Part shown: in pieces, positions 50,701 to 61,212 of the stretch
How the letters are laid out: every line of letters starts with the position of its first letter
Position numbering within the stretch: the stretch's first letter is position 1
Source: Deltaproteobacteria bacterium
Lineage (GTDB): Bacteria > Myxococcota_A > Polyangia > Polyangiales > Houyiibacteriaceae
DNA length: 64,000 nt
Direction: 5' to 3'
NCBI GenBank assembly: GCA_034670305.1
Contig: JAXMNT010000015.1
Span: 64,001 to 128,000 of the forward strand
Notes under the pieces: model-generated
Databases searched by the model: none
Told to the model about the DNA's origin: nothing
Seen by the model: only the letters and a program-made list of their open reading frames with translations
Program-made: the position numbers and the translations under genes

Positions 50701-52428
50701 TCAGCGTGCTTGCGCAGGGAAGAAACGTTCGTCGCCGGGCGACCGAACGACCAGCCGGTACTCGCCCACCGCGAGATCCGAGGGCACACCCACGCTCGCA
50801 TGAAAGCGGCCGTCGGCACCGGTGGCGGTCACACCGAGCAAACGCTCTTCCGCGCCACGCAGCAGGATCTCCAGGCGCAGTCGTGCCGCGCCCGCTCCGT
50901 CGGGGTCGGTCGCGCGGCCGGTCACCGAGAGACTGCGTCCCCGGAAGACTTCGAACGCGCGGCCGTCGAGCTGCAGTCGCAGCGGGCGCGCGCGACTGAC
51001 CGGTGTGAGGTTCTGCGCGTTCGTGGCCGCCGTCGGCGCCACCGGTTCGGCGGTACCCGGTTCACCCGGCTCGCCTGGTTCTCCAGGCTCGCCCGGCTGC
51101 CCAGGCTCGCCGGGTTCGCCGGGTTCGCCGGGTTCGCCACCCGCTTGGCTCGGGTCGCGGGAGAACCGGTCTGGGCCTTCTTCGTCGCGAAGCCCGCGCA
51201 CGTCGCCGGCCAGCTGCGAGTAGCTCTGCCGGTAACTCCCAGGCTGCGGCAACGGATCGGCATTTCTCGCGTGGTGGACCGGACGGTCGGAGGCGCCGTG
51301 GGCTTCGAGTGCGTTGGCCGCGCCACCGAGGTCGATGCGCATCCACCCGAAGTCGGAGCTCCCTCGGGGCAACTTCACTTCCACCCACGCATGCGCCTCG
51401 TTCTGGACGAACCGCGCGTGGATGCCGAGCGCCTGCGCCGTGACGACGAAGCCGTACGCGCGGTGGCGGCAGACGCCTCGGCGGCCGCGCGAGAGATCGA
51501 GGTAGATGTTGCCGGTCGAAGGGGGCGGCTCGCGCGACTCGACGAACGACCGAAAATGATCGGAGAGCACTTCGAGCGCACGATTCATGGAGCCACCTGG
51601 CTCCAGTCCGAGTTCGGCCGCGAACATCAGCGCATCGCGGCGCGTGAGCTCGTCGAGCGGGAGGAGGTCCGACGCGAACACATTGGCTGGGGTCTGAGGC
51701 AACACGCGCCACCCGAAGTAGTCGGAGGGCGCGTCCATCAGGTACACGACGCGGACCTCTCCCCGCGTCCCCGCCGGCGCGACCGCGGCGAACGTATCGA
51801 CTCCGTCCCGCTCGATGCGCAGCGCCACCTGCGGTTCGGTTCGCACACTCAAGAAGCGCGACTCGGGCGAGACCGACGGAAGCGGGACCCGCGTGCCGGT
51901 GTCGAAGTCGAGCACGACGCTCCCCCAGAACTGCTCGCGGGCGCGGCCGTCGTCCCGTGGATCGCCAACCGACACCTCGACCGAGCGCGGGTCCCGGACA
52001 CCGAGCACCGGCACGCCGCCCGCCGACACCACCGAGTCCATCGCGCCCACCCGCTTGAACGGCGCGATGGTGGGGTTGAACACGGTGAAGTAGCCGAGCG
52101 TGCCTTCGAGCGCAGTGACCCGGTCCGGGCGAAAACTCGGCGAGCGCTGCCCTGGGTTCTCGCGTCCTTGCCCGTCGCCAGGCCGGGCCGTCATCGCGTG
52201 TTCGTCCGCCTGGCGTTCGCCCCCTTCCGGCCGCCGCAGCACTTCGCCCTGATGCACGATGGCCGCCGGCTCCCCGTCTTCGCCGCGCACCGTGAGGCCG
52301 GGCAGATCCGCGTCCGAGGCCTCCGGCAGAAACTCGTGGAGAATCGGCTCGTCGTCCGCGCGCACGTCCGCGCGCAGGAGCAGCAGCGCACCGAGCAGGA
52401 GCAGCGTGCGGCGGGCCCGGTGCATCAC
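50701..52428 (-). CDS. Secreted transglutaminase-like protein with collagen-like (GEP)n linker and C-terminal Ig-like domain
   Basis: GVCRHRA, AHAWVEV, WMRIDLG Cys-His-Asp triad; overlaps the rseP stop. Confidence 0.85.
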   Translation of the reverse strand: MMHRARRTLLLLGALLLLRADVRADDEPILHEFLPEASDADLPGLTVRGEDGEPAAIVHQGEVLRRPEGGERQADEHAMTARPGDGQGRENPGQRSPSFRPDRVTALEGTLGYFTVFNPTIAPFKRVGAMDSVVSAGGVPVLGVRDPRSVEVSVGDPRDDGRAREQFWGSVVLDFDTGTRVPLPSVSPESRFLSVRTEPQVALRIERDGVDTFAAVAPAGTRGEVRVVYLMDAPSDYFGWRVLPQTPANVFASDLLPLDELTRRDALMFAAELGLEPGGSMNRALEVLSDHFRSFVESREPPPSTGNIYLDLSRGRRGVCRHRAYGFVVTAQALGIHARFVQNEAHAWVEVKLPRGSSDFGWMRIDLGGAANALEAHGASDRPVHHARNADPLPQPGSYRQSYSQLAGDVRGLRDEEGPDRFSRDPSQAGGEPGEPGEPGEPGQPGEPGEPGEPGEPGTAEPVAPTAATNAQNLTPVSRARPLRLQLDGRAFEVFRGRSLSVTGRATDPDGAGAARLRLEILLRGAEERLLGVTATGADGRFHASVGVPSDLAVGEYRLVVRSPGDERFFPAQAR

Positions 52429-53510
52429 CCGAAGATGTCGCGCACGGTCACGAGCACCAGCACGCCCAATAAGAAGACGATGCCCACGGTGTGCACCACC
52501 GCCTCGAATTTCTCATTGGGTTTTCGGCGCGTGACCATCTCGTACACGATGAACACCAACCGCCCTCCATCGAGCGCGGGCAATGGCAGTAGGTTGAACA
52601 TGCCGAGCGCCACGCTGAGCAGCATCACCATCGCGAAGTAGTCGGTCGCCCCGCTCTGGGCCGCCTGTCCGATCATCTTGCCCATCGCGACTGGACCACC
52701 GAGCTGGCTCGTGTCGCGGTCCTTGAACATCTTCCCGATGCCCTCGAGCTGCAGCACCGTCAGCCGCCACGGAAACGTCACCGCGGTCTTGAGGCTCTCT
52801 CCGAACGAGTAGGTCACCCCACTGGGCCCGACGGCCATCACCCCCAGTCTTCCGACGCCTTCGGGCGACGCCTCCGGGGTCATCTCCAGACTGCGGCGTT
52901 CGCCGTCGCGTTCGATGACGTACTGGGTGAGTTCGCCACCGCGGTCCTGGGTCTGCTCGATGAGCTCCACGACGTTCGCCACCGGGACGCCGTTCGCTTC
53001 CACGAAGATGTCGCCGGGTTGAAGACCGGCTTCGGCGGCGGGCGTCTCGGGCGCCACATCGTCGACGGTCATCGGGCTGACGGGCACCGGCTGGGCGCGG
53101 GGGTCGTCGGGCGTGAAGACGCGCAGCCAGTTGTGCGGCCAACCAACCATTCCGATGATGAACACGATGAGCGACGCGGTCAGGTAGTTCGCCACGGGAC
53201 CGGCGGCGATGGTCACCGTCCGCGCGAGCACGCTCTTGTTGTTGAACAGCCCCGGGTCGTCGGGATCGACGTCCTCGTGCGGGTTCATGCCCGCGATCTG
53301 CACGTACGCGAGGAACGGAATCGCGGCGACCTGGAAGGTCGTCGGGCTGCCCTTCGGCTTGTACTTGAAGAGCGTCGGCCCGAGTCCGATCGAATAGCGG
53401 ACGACCCGCATGCCGAAGGCCCGAGCCGCGAGGTAGTGCCCCGTCTCGTGCACGATCACCAGGATCGAGATGCCGACGAGAATGAGGATGATGGTCGTGG
53501 GTGTGAACAA
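52425..53510 (-). CDS. rseP: RIP metalloprotease RseP (M50 site-2 protease with PDZ)
   Basis: HETGH, SIGLGP, AAGPVAN, PDZ, NLLPLPALDGG. Confidence 0.93.
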   Translation of the reverse strand: MFTPTTIILILVGISILVIVHETGHYLAARAFGMRVVRYSIGLGPTLFKYKPKGSPTTFQVAAIPFLAYVQIAGMNPHEDVDPDDPGLFNNKSVLARTVTIAAGPVANYLTASLIVFIIGMVGWPHNWLRVFTPDDPRAQPVPVSPMTVDDVAPETPAAEAGLQPGDIFVEANGVPVANVVELIEQTQDRGGELTQYVIERDGERRSLEMTPEASPEGVGRLGVMAVGPSGVTYSFGESLKTAVTFPWRLTVLQLEGIGKMFKDRDTSQLGGPVAMGKMIGQAAQSGATDYFAMVMLLSVALGMFNLLPLPALDGGRLVFIVYEMVTRRKPNEKFEAVVHTVGIVFLLGVLVLVTVRDIFG

Positions 53511-53575
53511 CGTGGGTTCCGAGCGGGGGTGAGGAGGTCAGCCTAGCGCGAATGTGGACCGCGCGAGAGGCGTTT

Positions 53576-54337
53576 TCAGGGAGCCACGCGCCGCACCTGA
53601 CGTCGACGGATCAGCCGACGTGCACGGATGCGAAATCGTCGCAATTGTTCTTCGTCGAACCCAGTTCGGTCCCGCCCGTAGCTCATGATGTTGGCCGGAT
53701 CCGGATGGTGCGGGGAACCGAGCACATGTCCGAGTTCGTGCGCCAGACCCACCGGTGCGAACTGCGATCGTTCGCGCGTGCCGAGCACGATCACGTAGGA
53801 GCCCGGAGTGCGGTTCGGCTTGGGGATGTGCGCGCCGCCGAGCCGACCGCTCGGGGTCCGCCCTACCCTCGCGGACGCCCTCGCAGTGGCCGCGCTGGGC
53901 CAGGGGTCGTGGATCTCGTCGACGAAGAACACGTTGATGGCGCGATCGCGAAGACGCCGCGCGAGGTTGTGGCGCGCGCGGTTGTTCCGGAGTGTGCGGT
54001 GCTCGGCATCGAGCGGGCGTCGTTCGATCATCCGAAACTGGACGCCCGCGGGCGCATAGAACCCGTTCGCGGTGTCGACCCACGCGTTCAACAACGCGTC
54101 GTCGAGCGCAGGGTCCGCATGCACCGCGAGCGGCAACATCACGACCGGCTCAGGTGCCGCGGCCTCGGCGCGCGGCTGCGCCTGCGGTGGCTGCGCATGC
54201 GCGTGTCCGACCACCCCTGGCAACCACGCCTCTCTGGAAACCAGAAGCACAGCCGTGCCCACGAACACCGACGCGACCAGGCCGACCCGCACGAGCCGGT
54301 CCCAGGCGGTGAACTCGGACCCATCGGAAGCGCGCAT
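53576..54337 (-). CDS. Metzincin-type zinc metalloprotease (matrixin-like)
   Basis: HELGHVLGSPH and Met-turn NIMSY; N-terminal TM; start approximate. Confidence 0.8.
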   Translation of the reverse strand: MRASDGSEFTAWDRLVRVGLVASVFVGTAVLLVSREAWLPGVVGHAHAQPPQAQPRAEAAAPEPVVMLPLAVHADPALDDALLNAWVDTANGFYAPAGVQFRMIERRPLDAEHRTLRNNRARHNLARRLRDRAINVFFVDEIHDPWPSAATARASARVGRTPSGRLGGAHIPKPNRTPGSYVIVLGTRERSQFAPVGLAHELGHVLGSPHHPDPANIMSYGRDRTGFDEEQLRRFRIRARRLIRRRQVRRVAP

Positions 54338-54432
54338 GAGGATGAGACGTCCCGCTCCGCCAAATGTTCTGGCGTGGCCCATCGCGCGCCGCCGGCTGGA
54401 ACCCGAGCGACCGAGGCTGCTATGTGCCTCCC

Positions 54433-55545
54433 ATGCCAGACGTCGTAGTGGTGGGCGCGGGAGTGATGGGGTGTCTGTCGGCCCTTCGGTTGGCGGAGGC
54501 CGGCCTCGACGTGCTGGTGCTCGAGCGCAGCGTGCCAGGCGCGGAGGCCTCCACCGCCGCGGCCGGGATTCTCGGACCGGCCTTCGAAGCGCACGACGAC
54601 GACCCTGCGTTGCTGACCCTCGGGATTCGAAGCCGCGAGCTCCACGCCACACTCGCGGATCAACTGCGCGCCGACCACGGCCTGGACGTCGGGTTTCATC
54701 GGTGCGGTCTGATGCGGGTCGCCACCGAAACGGACGCAGCGTCGCTGGCGCAGCACCGTGATCACATCCACGCCGTCGCCCAGAGCGAGCTGATCGACGG
54801 AGACGAAGCGCGCCGACGAGAACCCGCGCTGGGCCCGAGCTTCGTCGCAGCGCTCGACCTTCCCGAAGAATCGCAGCTCGATCCAAAACGTTTCTTGCCG
54901 GCGGTCGCCATCGCCGCGGAACGCGCCGGCGTCACGTTTCGATCCGGTGCGGTGGTGCAGCGCGTCCTGGTTCGAAACGGGCGCGCGCACGGGGTCGAAG
55001 TGGGCGGTGAGACCATCTCCTCCAGACACGTCGTCGTGGCCGCCGGCAGCTGGACCCACCTCGTGCCTGGCCTCGACGTCGACGCCGCCGGCATTCATCC
55101 GGTGCGGGGCCAGATCTTGAAGACGACTTCGCGTCCGCCGCTCTTCCGGCGCATCGTCTTCGGCGCGGGCGGCTACGTGGTGACGCGCCCGGGTGGCGAC
55201 GTGCTCTGCGGCTCCACCGAAGAGCGGGTCGGCTTCCGCCGAGAGGTCACGCTCGGAGGTACCCGCACCATCATCGACATGGCCACGACCCTTGCGCCGT
55301 CGTTGACGCACGCGCCGGTGCTCCAGCAGTGGTCGAGTTTCCGGCCCGGCACCGCCGACGGCCGGCCACTCGTAGGCGCCACACACCACGAGGGTCTGTG
55401 GCTCGCGAGTGGACACTTCCGCAACGGCATCTTGCTCGCACCCATGACCGCGCAGCTCTTGACCCAAGGCATCACCGAAGGCGCCATGCCGAACGACGCC
55501 GCGCCGATGGATCCCCGGCGCTTCTCGAACGGGGGCGCGTTGTGA
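54433..55545 (+). CDS. thiO: Glycine oxidase (FAD-dependent)
   Basis: VVGAGVMG, ASTAAAGIL, PVRGQI, FRPGT, GHFRNGILLAP. Confidence 0.92.
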   Translation: MPDVVVVGAGVMGCLSALRLAEAGLDVLVLERSVPGAEASTAAAGILGPAFEAHDDDPALLTLGIRSRELHATLADQLRADHGLDVGFHRCGLMRVATETDAASLAQHRDHIHAVAQSELIDGDEARRREPALGPSFVAALDLPEESQLDPKRFLPAVAIAAERAGVTFRSGAVVQRVLVRNGRAHGVEVGGETISSRHVVVAAGSWTHLVPGLDVDAAGIHPVRGQILKTTSRPPLFRRIVFGAGGYVVTRPGGDVLCGSTEERVGFRREVTLGGTRTIIDMATTLAPSLTHAPVLQQWSSFRPGTADGRPLVGATHHEGLWLASGHFRNGILLAPMTAQLLTQGITEGAMPNDAAPMDPRRFSNGGAL

Positions 55546-56411
55546 AAGTCGTCGAACGGCACTTGGTCGCAAACGGTCTGCGGCACCACGTCGTGGAGTG
55601 GCCGGCGATCGGACCAACGGTGCTCTTGGGGCACGGGTTTCTGGATCTCGCGTGGAGCTGGCGCTGGGTGGCGGAGATCCTTCAGACCCAAGGCATCCGC
55701 TGTGTCGCCTGGGACTGGCGCGGCCACGGCGAGACCGAACACGTCGGCGCCGGCGGCTACTACCACTTTCCGGACTACGTACTCGACCTCGACGAGCTCC
55801 TGCCGCAGCTGCGCCACGAAGATGCGGCGCCCCACCTCGTCGGTCACTCGATGGGCGGCACGGTGGCCACGATGTTCGCAGGGCTGCGCTCCGATCGGCT
55901 GCGCAGCCTGGTGTTGGTCGAAGGACTCGGACCGCCCTCGCACGCGTTCGACCAGACGCCGCACCGGTTCACGGCGTGGCTCGACGGAGTCGCCAAACAG
56001 CGCGCCCGCACGAAACCCAAGACGCCCATGTCACTCGACCAAGCGGTCGGTCGCATGCGGGTGCAGAACCCCGCTCTGACGGACGAACAGGGCCGGTTCC
56101 TCGCCGACAAGTCCACCCGCGCCGAAGGCGAGGGCCGGGTGTGGCGCTTCGATCCCTTGCACCGCACCACCTCGCCGATGCCGTTCCGAGAGGAGGTCTT
56201 CGCGACCTTCCTCGATCGCATCGCGGTCCCGACGCTGATCGTCGGCGCCGACAAGGGCTTTCGACTCGCGGACGAACCAGCCCGCTACGGACGCATCGCG
56301 CAGCACGAGGTCGCCGAGATCGAAGGCTCGGGGCACATGGTGCACTGGGAGAAGCCGGCCGTGCTGGCAGCGCACATCGCCGCGTTCGTACGTCGCAACG
56401 AAGACGCCTGA
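55542..56411 (+). CDS. Alpha/beta hydrolase
   Basis: HGFLD, DWRGHG, GHSMGG, GHMVHWE; GTGA overlap with thiO. Confidence 0.92.
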   Translation: MKVVERHLVANGLRHHVVEWPAIGPTVLLGHGFLDLAWSWRWVAEILQTQGIRCVAWDWRGHGETEHVGAGGYYHFPDYVLDLDELLPQLRHEDAAPHLVGHSMGGTVATMFAGLRSDRLRSLVLVEGLGPPSHAFDQTPHRFTAWLDGVAKQRARTKPKTPMSLDQAVGRMRVQNPALTDEQGRFLADKSTRAEGEGRVWRFDPLHRTTSPMPFREEVFATFLDRIAVPTLIVGADKGFRLADEPARYGRIAQHEVAEIEGSGHMVHWEKPAVLAAHIAAFVRRNEDA

Positions 56412-56537
56412 CCACCCCGACGACGCGTGCCCTCGACAACGGCTACCGCCCGAGGGATCCGTGGTCTACCCTCGGGCCAAGAGCTTGGGGTGTGGTGCGG
56501 CTGCAAGTCCACCCCACCAACATGAGGAGAGTGGGAA

Positions 56538-57494
56538 ATGCTTCGATGGACGATGGTTGTGGCGCTCTTGTGCGTGCCACTTGCGGTCAGCGCACAAGCC
56601 GGCGCGGATGAAGAGAACGCAGGCATGGCGGCCCCCGCCCCTGCCGATGCAGCCGTCCAGGCGCAGGACTCCGAAGTCCCGCCGGACGACGACGCCGAGG
56701 TCGACACGGCGGACCCGGAGCACTCTGGGCGCATCGGGGACGAGCAGGTCCTCGCCCAAGAGGAGCTCGGCGAGGAGATCGTGCGGTCGAGCACCGACCC
56801 GTACGAAGATCCGTCGAAGACCTACTACTTCCTCGGCCTCGGCTACTGGCAGTCGTTCACGCCCTCCTTCATCATCAACCTCTTCGCCGAAGAGTCGGTG
56901 AGCACGAACAACCCTGCGTTCGCGCTGCAGTTCACCTACCGCAAAGACGGCTTCGACATCATCACGAGCGCGTGGTGGCAGAGCTTCTACGCGGAGGGCC
57001 CGTTCCGCGCGAACGGCGACTTGCCGCCCGAGACCGAGATCATCAAGAGCACCCTGAGCGTGCTCTTCATCGGCGCGGACTTCCTCTGGAGCACCGCCTT
57101 CAACGACGTCTTCTCGATCCAGTACGGACTCGGCATCGGGCTCGGCTACGTGTTCGGTGACATCAACCGCCACGAGGCCTACCCCAACACCGACCCGAGC
57201 CGCGCCCCGGTCTACAACGGGTTCAGCCGCTGTTCGGCCCCCGGCGCAGACAACCCGGCGTTCTGCGACTCGTCCTCCGTCCCCGACGGCGAAGAAGGCG
57301 GCCACTACGACGTCAACGCCCGCAACTGGGCCAACGGCGGCAGCACGCCCCTCGTCTGGTTCCGCCTCGCGCCGCAGCTCGGGGTGCGCATCAAGCCGAT
57401 CAAGCAGCTCATGTTCCGCATCAACGGCGGCTTCGACATCCTGAGCGGCTTCTTCGTCGGCGCCAGCATCAACGTCGGCGTCGGCGGCAGCTGA
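56538..57494 (+). CDS. Putative outer-membrane beta-barrel protein
   Basis: Signal peptide, acidic N-terminus, alternating aromatic/hydrophobic strands, terminal FFVGASINVG. Confidence 0.65.
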   Translation: MLRWTMVVALLCVPLAVSAQAGADEENAGMAAPAPADAAVQAQDSEVPPDDDAEVDTADPEHSGRIGDEQVLAQEELGEEIVRSSTDPYEDPSKTYYFLGLGYWQSFTPSFIINLFAEESVSTNNPAFALQFTYRKDGFDIITSAWWQSFYAEGPFRANGDLPPETEIIKSTLSVLFIGADFLWSTAFNDVFSIQYGLGIGLGYVFGDINRHEAYPNTDPSRAPVYNGFSRCSAPGADNPAFCDSSSVPDGEEGGHYDVNARNWANGGSTPLVWFRLAPQLGVRIKPIKQLMFRINGGFDILSGFFVGASINVGVGGS

Positions 57495-57558
57495 GAAGCT
57501 TTCCCGCTGTTCGACTCGCAACGGGCGGCCCCATGGGTCGCCCGTTCGTCGTTCGGTT

Positions 57559-57778
57559 GCGGAAGCGGGAGCGGTCGCGCGGTCGCGGAAGCGGTAGTGG
57601 TCGCGGTAGCGGAAGCGGGAGCGGCAGCGGCAGCGGCAGCGGCAGCGGCAGCGGCAGAGACAGAGACAGAGACAGAGACAGAGACAGAGACAGAGACAGA
57701 GACAGAGACAGCGGCAGCGACAGCAACAGCGGCAGCGGCAGCGGCAGCAACAGCGGCAGCGGCAGCGGCAGAGACAGC
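57559..57778. repeat. Mosaic hexamer array (GCGGAA/GCGGCA/GAGACA/GCAACA)
   Basis: Tandem units arranged in blocks. Confidence 0.95.
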
Positions 57779-57907
57779 CATGCTGTTCTTCGGGACCTCG
57801 CACGGCCCGAAGCCCCCAGGCCATGCTGCTTCGAGACCTGCGCGCGAAGGCAACCCGCGGGGGTAGCTGTGCTTGCCCAGGCTCAACGGCCGTGAAAGCT
57901 TAGCGCC

Positions 57908-59011
57908 ATGGCCCTCCCCCGCGTCGACCTGGTCGCCCCCTTCTGCGTCGCCCTCTTCCTCCTCTCCCCCGCCGCCGCGCAGCCGGCGCCCGAGCCCGAG
58001 GCGCCCGAAGCCGCGGACAGCGAAGACACCGACGCCGCCAACGAAGCCCGGCGCGCACGCGTCTACGCACGCGTCGGCCAGGTCGTCATCTCGGTCGGCG
58101 ACATCGAAGACGCGATCAACCGGCAGTCGCCGTTGCTTCGTTCCAACCACGACACGCCGGCCGCGTTGCGCCGGTTCGCGGATGGGCTCGTGCGGTTCGA
58201 ACTCATGGCCCAAGAAGCGGAGCGCCGCGGGTACGGCGACAACCCTTCCGTGCGCCGCTCGGCCAAACAGAACGCCGTCCAGCAGCTGATCCACCGCGAC
58301 TTCGATTCCGCGATCACTCCCGAGTCGATCACCGCCGAAGAGGTCGCGGCCGAGTACCAGAGCCGCATCGCCGAGTTCTCGAGCCCGGAGCTCGTGCGCG
58401 CGAGCCACATCCTCTTCGACAGCCGCGAGACCGCGGAGACCCATCTCGAAGCGATCCGCAGCGCCGACGAACGCGAGTTCCGCCGCTTGGCCCGCACGCT
58501 CTCGGTCGACACCGAGACCAAACTGCGCGGTGGCGATCTGCGGTACTTCGGGCGCGACGGTCGACCGGTGCGCGGACGCGAGGACGACCCGGCCGTCGAC
58601 GCGCAGATCATCGAAGCCGCCTTCGCCCTCGAAGAGGTCGGCGACACCAGCGGCGTCGTCGAAGTCGGCGCCCACTTCAGCGTGATCCGGAAACGGGGCC
58701 ACCGCCCGGCGGAGGTCCGTACCCTCGAGCAGGTCGAAGGCGTGCTGCGCAACGAGATGTGGCGGCAGCGGCGCCAGGACGGCATCGACGAACTCGTGCG
58801 AGAGCTCCGGACCACCCACCCGCCGGAGACGCACCCCCGCCGCATGGCGAACATCCGGCTGGACCCGCTCCCCGGCGCGTCCCAGCTCGGCAACCACCCG
58901 CCCGTGCCCGGGCGCGGCATGAACGGCGGCATGGTCCCGATGCTCTCGCCCCACGTCCCCGGCCGCACCCCCGGCGCCGGCCCCACCAAACAAATCCCCG
59001 CCACCGAATAG
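57908..59011 (+). CDS. PpiC/parvulin-type peptidyl-prolyl isomerase (secreted)
   Basis: VRASHIL, FRRLARTLSVD, RGGDLRYF, AAFAL, HFSVIR. Confidence 0.9.
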   Translation: MALPRVDLVAPFCVALFLLSPAAAQPAPEPEAPEAADSEDTDAANEARRARVYARVGQVVISVGDIEDAINRQSPLLRSNHDTPAALRRFADGLVRFELMAQEAERRGYGDNPSVRRSAKQNAVQQLIHRDFDSAITPESITAEEVAAEYQSRIAEFSSPELVRASHILFDSRETAETHLEAIRSADEREFRRLARTLSVDTETKLRGGDLRYFGRDGRPVRGREDDPAVDAQIIEAAFALEEVGDTSGVVEVGAHFSVIRKRGHRPAEVRTLEQVEGVLRNEMWRQRRQDGIDELVRELRTTHPPETHPRRMANIRLDPLPGASQLGNHPPVPGRGMNGGMVPMLSPHVPGRTPGAGPTKQIPATE

Positions 59012-59026
59012 GCCCGCGTGCTGTAG

Positions 59027-59100
59027 GCGGAAACGGAAGCGGAAGCGGAAGCGGAAGCGGAAGCGGAAGCGGAAGCGGAAGCGGAAGCGGAAGCGGAAGC
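59027..59100. repeat. (GCGGAA)12 hexamer array with one ACGGAA variant
   Basis: Abuts the conserved hairpin of four-helix-bundle copy 2. Confidence 0.97.
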
Positions 59101-59137
59101 GGCCGGCGCCCAAGTTGGCCCAAGTTGGACGCCAGCC
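59101..59137 (-). other. Conserved 3' hairpin of four-helix-bundle gene copy 2
   Basis: Sense strand GGCUGGCGUCC...GGGCGCCGGCC, 6 nt after the stop; loop enlarged by a 10-nt duplication (CCAAGTTGGC on +). Confidence 0.8.
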
Positions 59138-59143
59138 ACACGC

Positions 59144-59392
59144 TCATCGGCTGAGCTTGAAGAGCATCGCGCACACGTGGTCACACCGGTCGAGCAGCCC
59201 CGGGTCCAGGTCGACGTACCCGAAGACTTCCGCGAGCTGCATCGCCGCCTTCAGCTCACTGCACTCCCCATAGGCAATCGAGAACTTGTCGTGGCAACGA
59301 AGCCCCCGCGCCTGCCGAGCCTCCGCGATGTTGAGGACCACCGACTGCGCCGCGCGCTGCATCTGGGAGGCGAGCGAAGCGTCGTGCTTGCG
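59144..59392 (-). pseudogene. Four-helix-bundle protein copy 2, 5'-truncated or fused to unrelated sequence
   Basis: 75/82 aa identical to 34442-34756; similarity stops abruptly at 59392, so the first helix is missing; the frame stays open to an ATG at 59599. Confidence 0.85.
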
Positions 59393-59633
59393 CGAAGCTC
59401 CTCGCCGAGTCCGAAGGCCAGGTGTTCCGGGCGCGACGCAGACCACCAGCGTCGTGAGGAAGAAGCACACCGTCGTGTGCACCTGCGCAGCCCGAAGGGC
59501 GAGCAACTGGTGCACTTTACATCGAACACTGAGCGCCAAGAGGAGCACCTGGACGCGCACAGCCGCCAGACGTCCCAATCGCCTATTCACTGCACCCATC
59601 GATCGGGCGGCGAGCACGTGCAGGTGCCCAGGC

Positions 59634-59675
59634 GGGGAGGAGGCCGAAGGCCGGAGGGGGAACCTTTCCCCCTCA
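59634..59675. repeat. REP-like double-hairpin element
   Basis: GGGGAGGAGGCC-GAA-GGCCGGAGGGGGAA-CCT-TTCCCCCTCA; near-identical copy at 61535-61575. Confidence 0.8.
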
Positions 59676-59700
59676 CAAGACACCGGGCGCGACGCAGGGC

Positions 59701-59723
59701 CGCCAGTCTCGCGAAGCGAGCCA
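59701..59723. repeat. REP-like direct repeat, second copy at 61231-61253
   Basis: CGCCAGTCTCGCGAAGCG(A/C)GCCA, 22/23 identical. Confidence 0.75.
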
Positions 59724-59793
59724 GGCCCGTATTGGCAGTGAATAGAGCTGGGGACCGTTGACCCCACCGACCTGGAGCGGTAGCGTCCGCGGC

Positions 59794-61212
59794 GTGACGT
59801 CCATCGTCCCCGAACCCACCAAACTGCACTATCTCGACGGCCGCCCGACCGAGCTGACCCTGAGGCGTTGCAAGCTCGAGGTGGTGAAAGGCGATCGGGT
59901 CGAAGGCCACACCTTCGACCAGCGCGACACCATCCGAATCGGCGCCGCCGACGAGAACGATCTGGTCATTCGAGACGACACGGTGAGCCGCCATCACTGT
60001 GAAATCTTTCTGGAATCTGGCCAGTACATGGTCCGCGACCTCGGCTCGACCAACGGCACGTTCGTCAACCGCGTGCGGATCCGCGAAGCGTGGCTGAAGC
60101 CTGGGTGTGCGCTCACGCTGGGCACGACCGAGATGCGGTACGCCGCGAGCGACGAGACGTTCCGGATCGTCCCGAGCGACAAGAACCGCTTTCAGGACAT
60201 CATCGGCGGCAACCCCCAGATGCGGGAGATCTACGCGATCCTGGAACGCATCGCGCCCACCGACGCGACGGTGATCATCGAAGGCGAGACCGGGACCGGC
60301 AAAGAGGTGGTCGCGCGCAGCACGCACCTGGCGTCCCGCCGCGCGGGCGGACCCTTCATGGTGTTCGACTGCGGCGCCGTGCCCGAGAACCTCATCGAGT
60401 CGGAGCTCTTCGGCCACGAGAAGGGTTCCTTCACCGGTGCGGTGTCCACCCGCCAAGGGGTCTTCGAACTCGCTCAGGGCGGAACGGTGTTCCTCGACGA
60501 ACTCGGCGAGCTCGCACTGGACCTGCAGCCGAAACTCTTGCGCGTGCTCGAGCAGCGCGAGGTCAAGCGGGTGGGTGGCACCAAACCGATCAAGATCGAC
60601 GTGCGCGTGGTGGCCGCGACCAACCGCACACTCGAAGAAGAAGTGCGCGCGGGCCGGTTCCGCGAAGACCTCTTCTACCGCTTGAGCGTCGTGCGTCTGC
60701 TCTTGCCGCCGCTGCGCGATCGGCTCGACGACGTGCCGCCCCTCATCCAGCAGTTCCTCAAAGCTGGTCGGTTCAACCAAGGTCCCGACGGCCAGCGCCG
60801 CATCCGGCAGATCAGCCGCGCGGCGCTCGACCGCCTGCTCGAATACGAGTGGCCCGGCAACGTGCGCGAACTTCACAACGTGGTCGAACGCGCCGTGTCG
60901 TTCGCCGACGGCGACACGATCGAACTGCGCGATCTGCCCGACCACATCGCGATGGCGCACCGACCGATCCACGAGGCGCCGACCAGCGTGGAGAAGGGCC
61001 CGGCACCGGCCGCCGCCGCGGCGCCAGACACGAGCGGCACCTTCAAAGACGCCAAAGAGGACTGGGTCTCGTCGTTCGAGAAGGAGTACATCGAAGCCCT
61101 CCTGAAACGAAACGACGGGAACATCTCCCACGCAGCGCGCGAAGCGGACATCGACCGGAAGTACTTCCGAAAGCTGATGAAGAAGTACGGCATCTCCGCC
61201 GACGGCAGCTGA
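59794..61212 (+). CDS. FHA-domain sigma54-dependent enhancer-binding protein
   Basis: FHA ([13 protein letters not shown]), [35 protein letters not shown], Fis-type HTH. Confidence 0.95.
   Translation: MTSIVPEPTKLHYLDGRPTELTLRRCKLEVVKGDRVEGHTFDQRDTIRIGAADENDLVIRDDTVSRHHCEIFLESGQYMVRDLGSTNGTFVNRVRIREAWLKPGCALTLGTTEMRYAASDETFRIVPSDKNRFQDIIGGNPQMREIYAILERIAPTDATVIIEGETGTGKEVVARSTHLASRRAGGPFMVFDCGAVPENLIESELFGHEKGSFTGAVSTRQGVFELAQGGTVFLDELGELALDLQPKLLRVLEQREVKRVGGTKPIKIDVRVVAATNRTLEEEVRAGRFREDLFYRLSVVRLLLPPLRDRLDDVPPLIQQFLKAGRFNQGPDGQRRIRQISRAALDRLLEYEWPGNVRELHNVVERAVSFADGDTIELRDLPDHIAMAHRPIHEAPTSVEKGPAPAAAAAPDTSGTFKDAKEDWVSSFEKEYIEALLKRNDGNISHAAREADIDRKYFRKLMKKYGISADGS

Noticed and set aside
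60421-60441. GSFTGA instead of GAFTGA in the sigma54 activator
   Set aside because: A common natural variant; not evidence of sigma54 independence.
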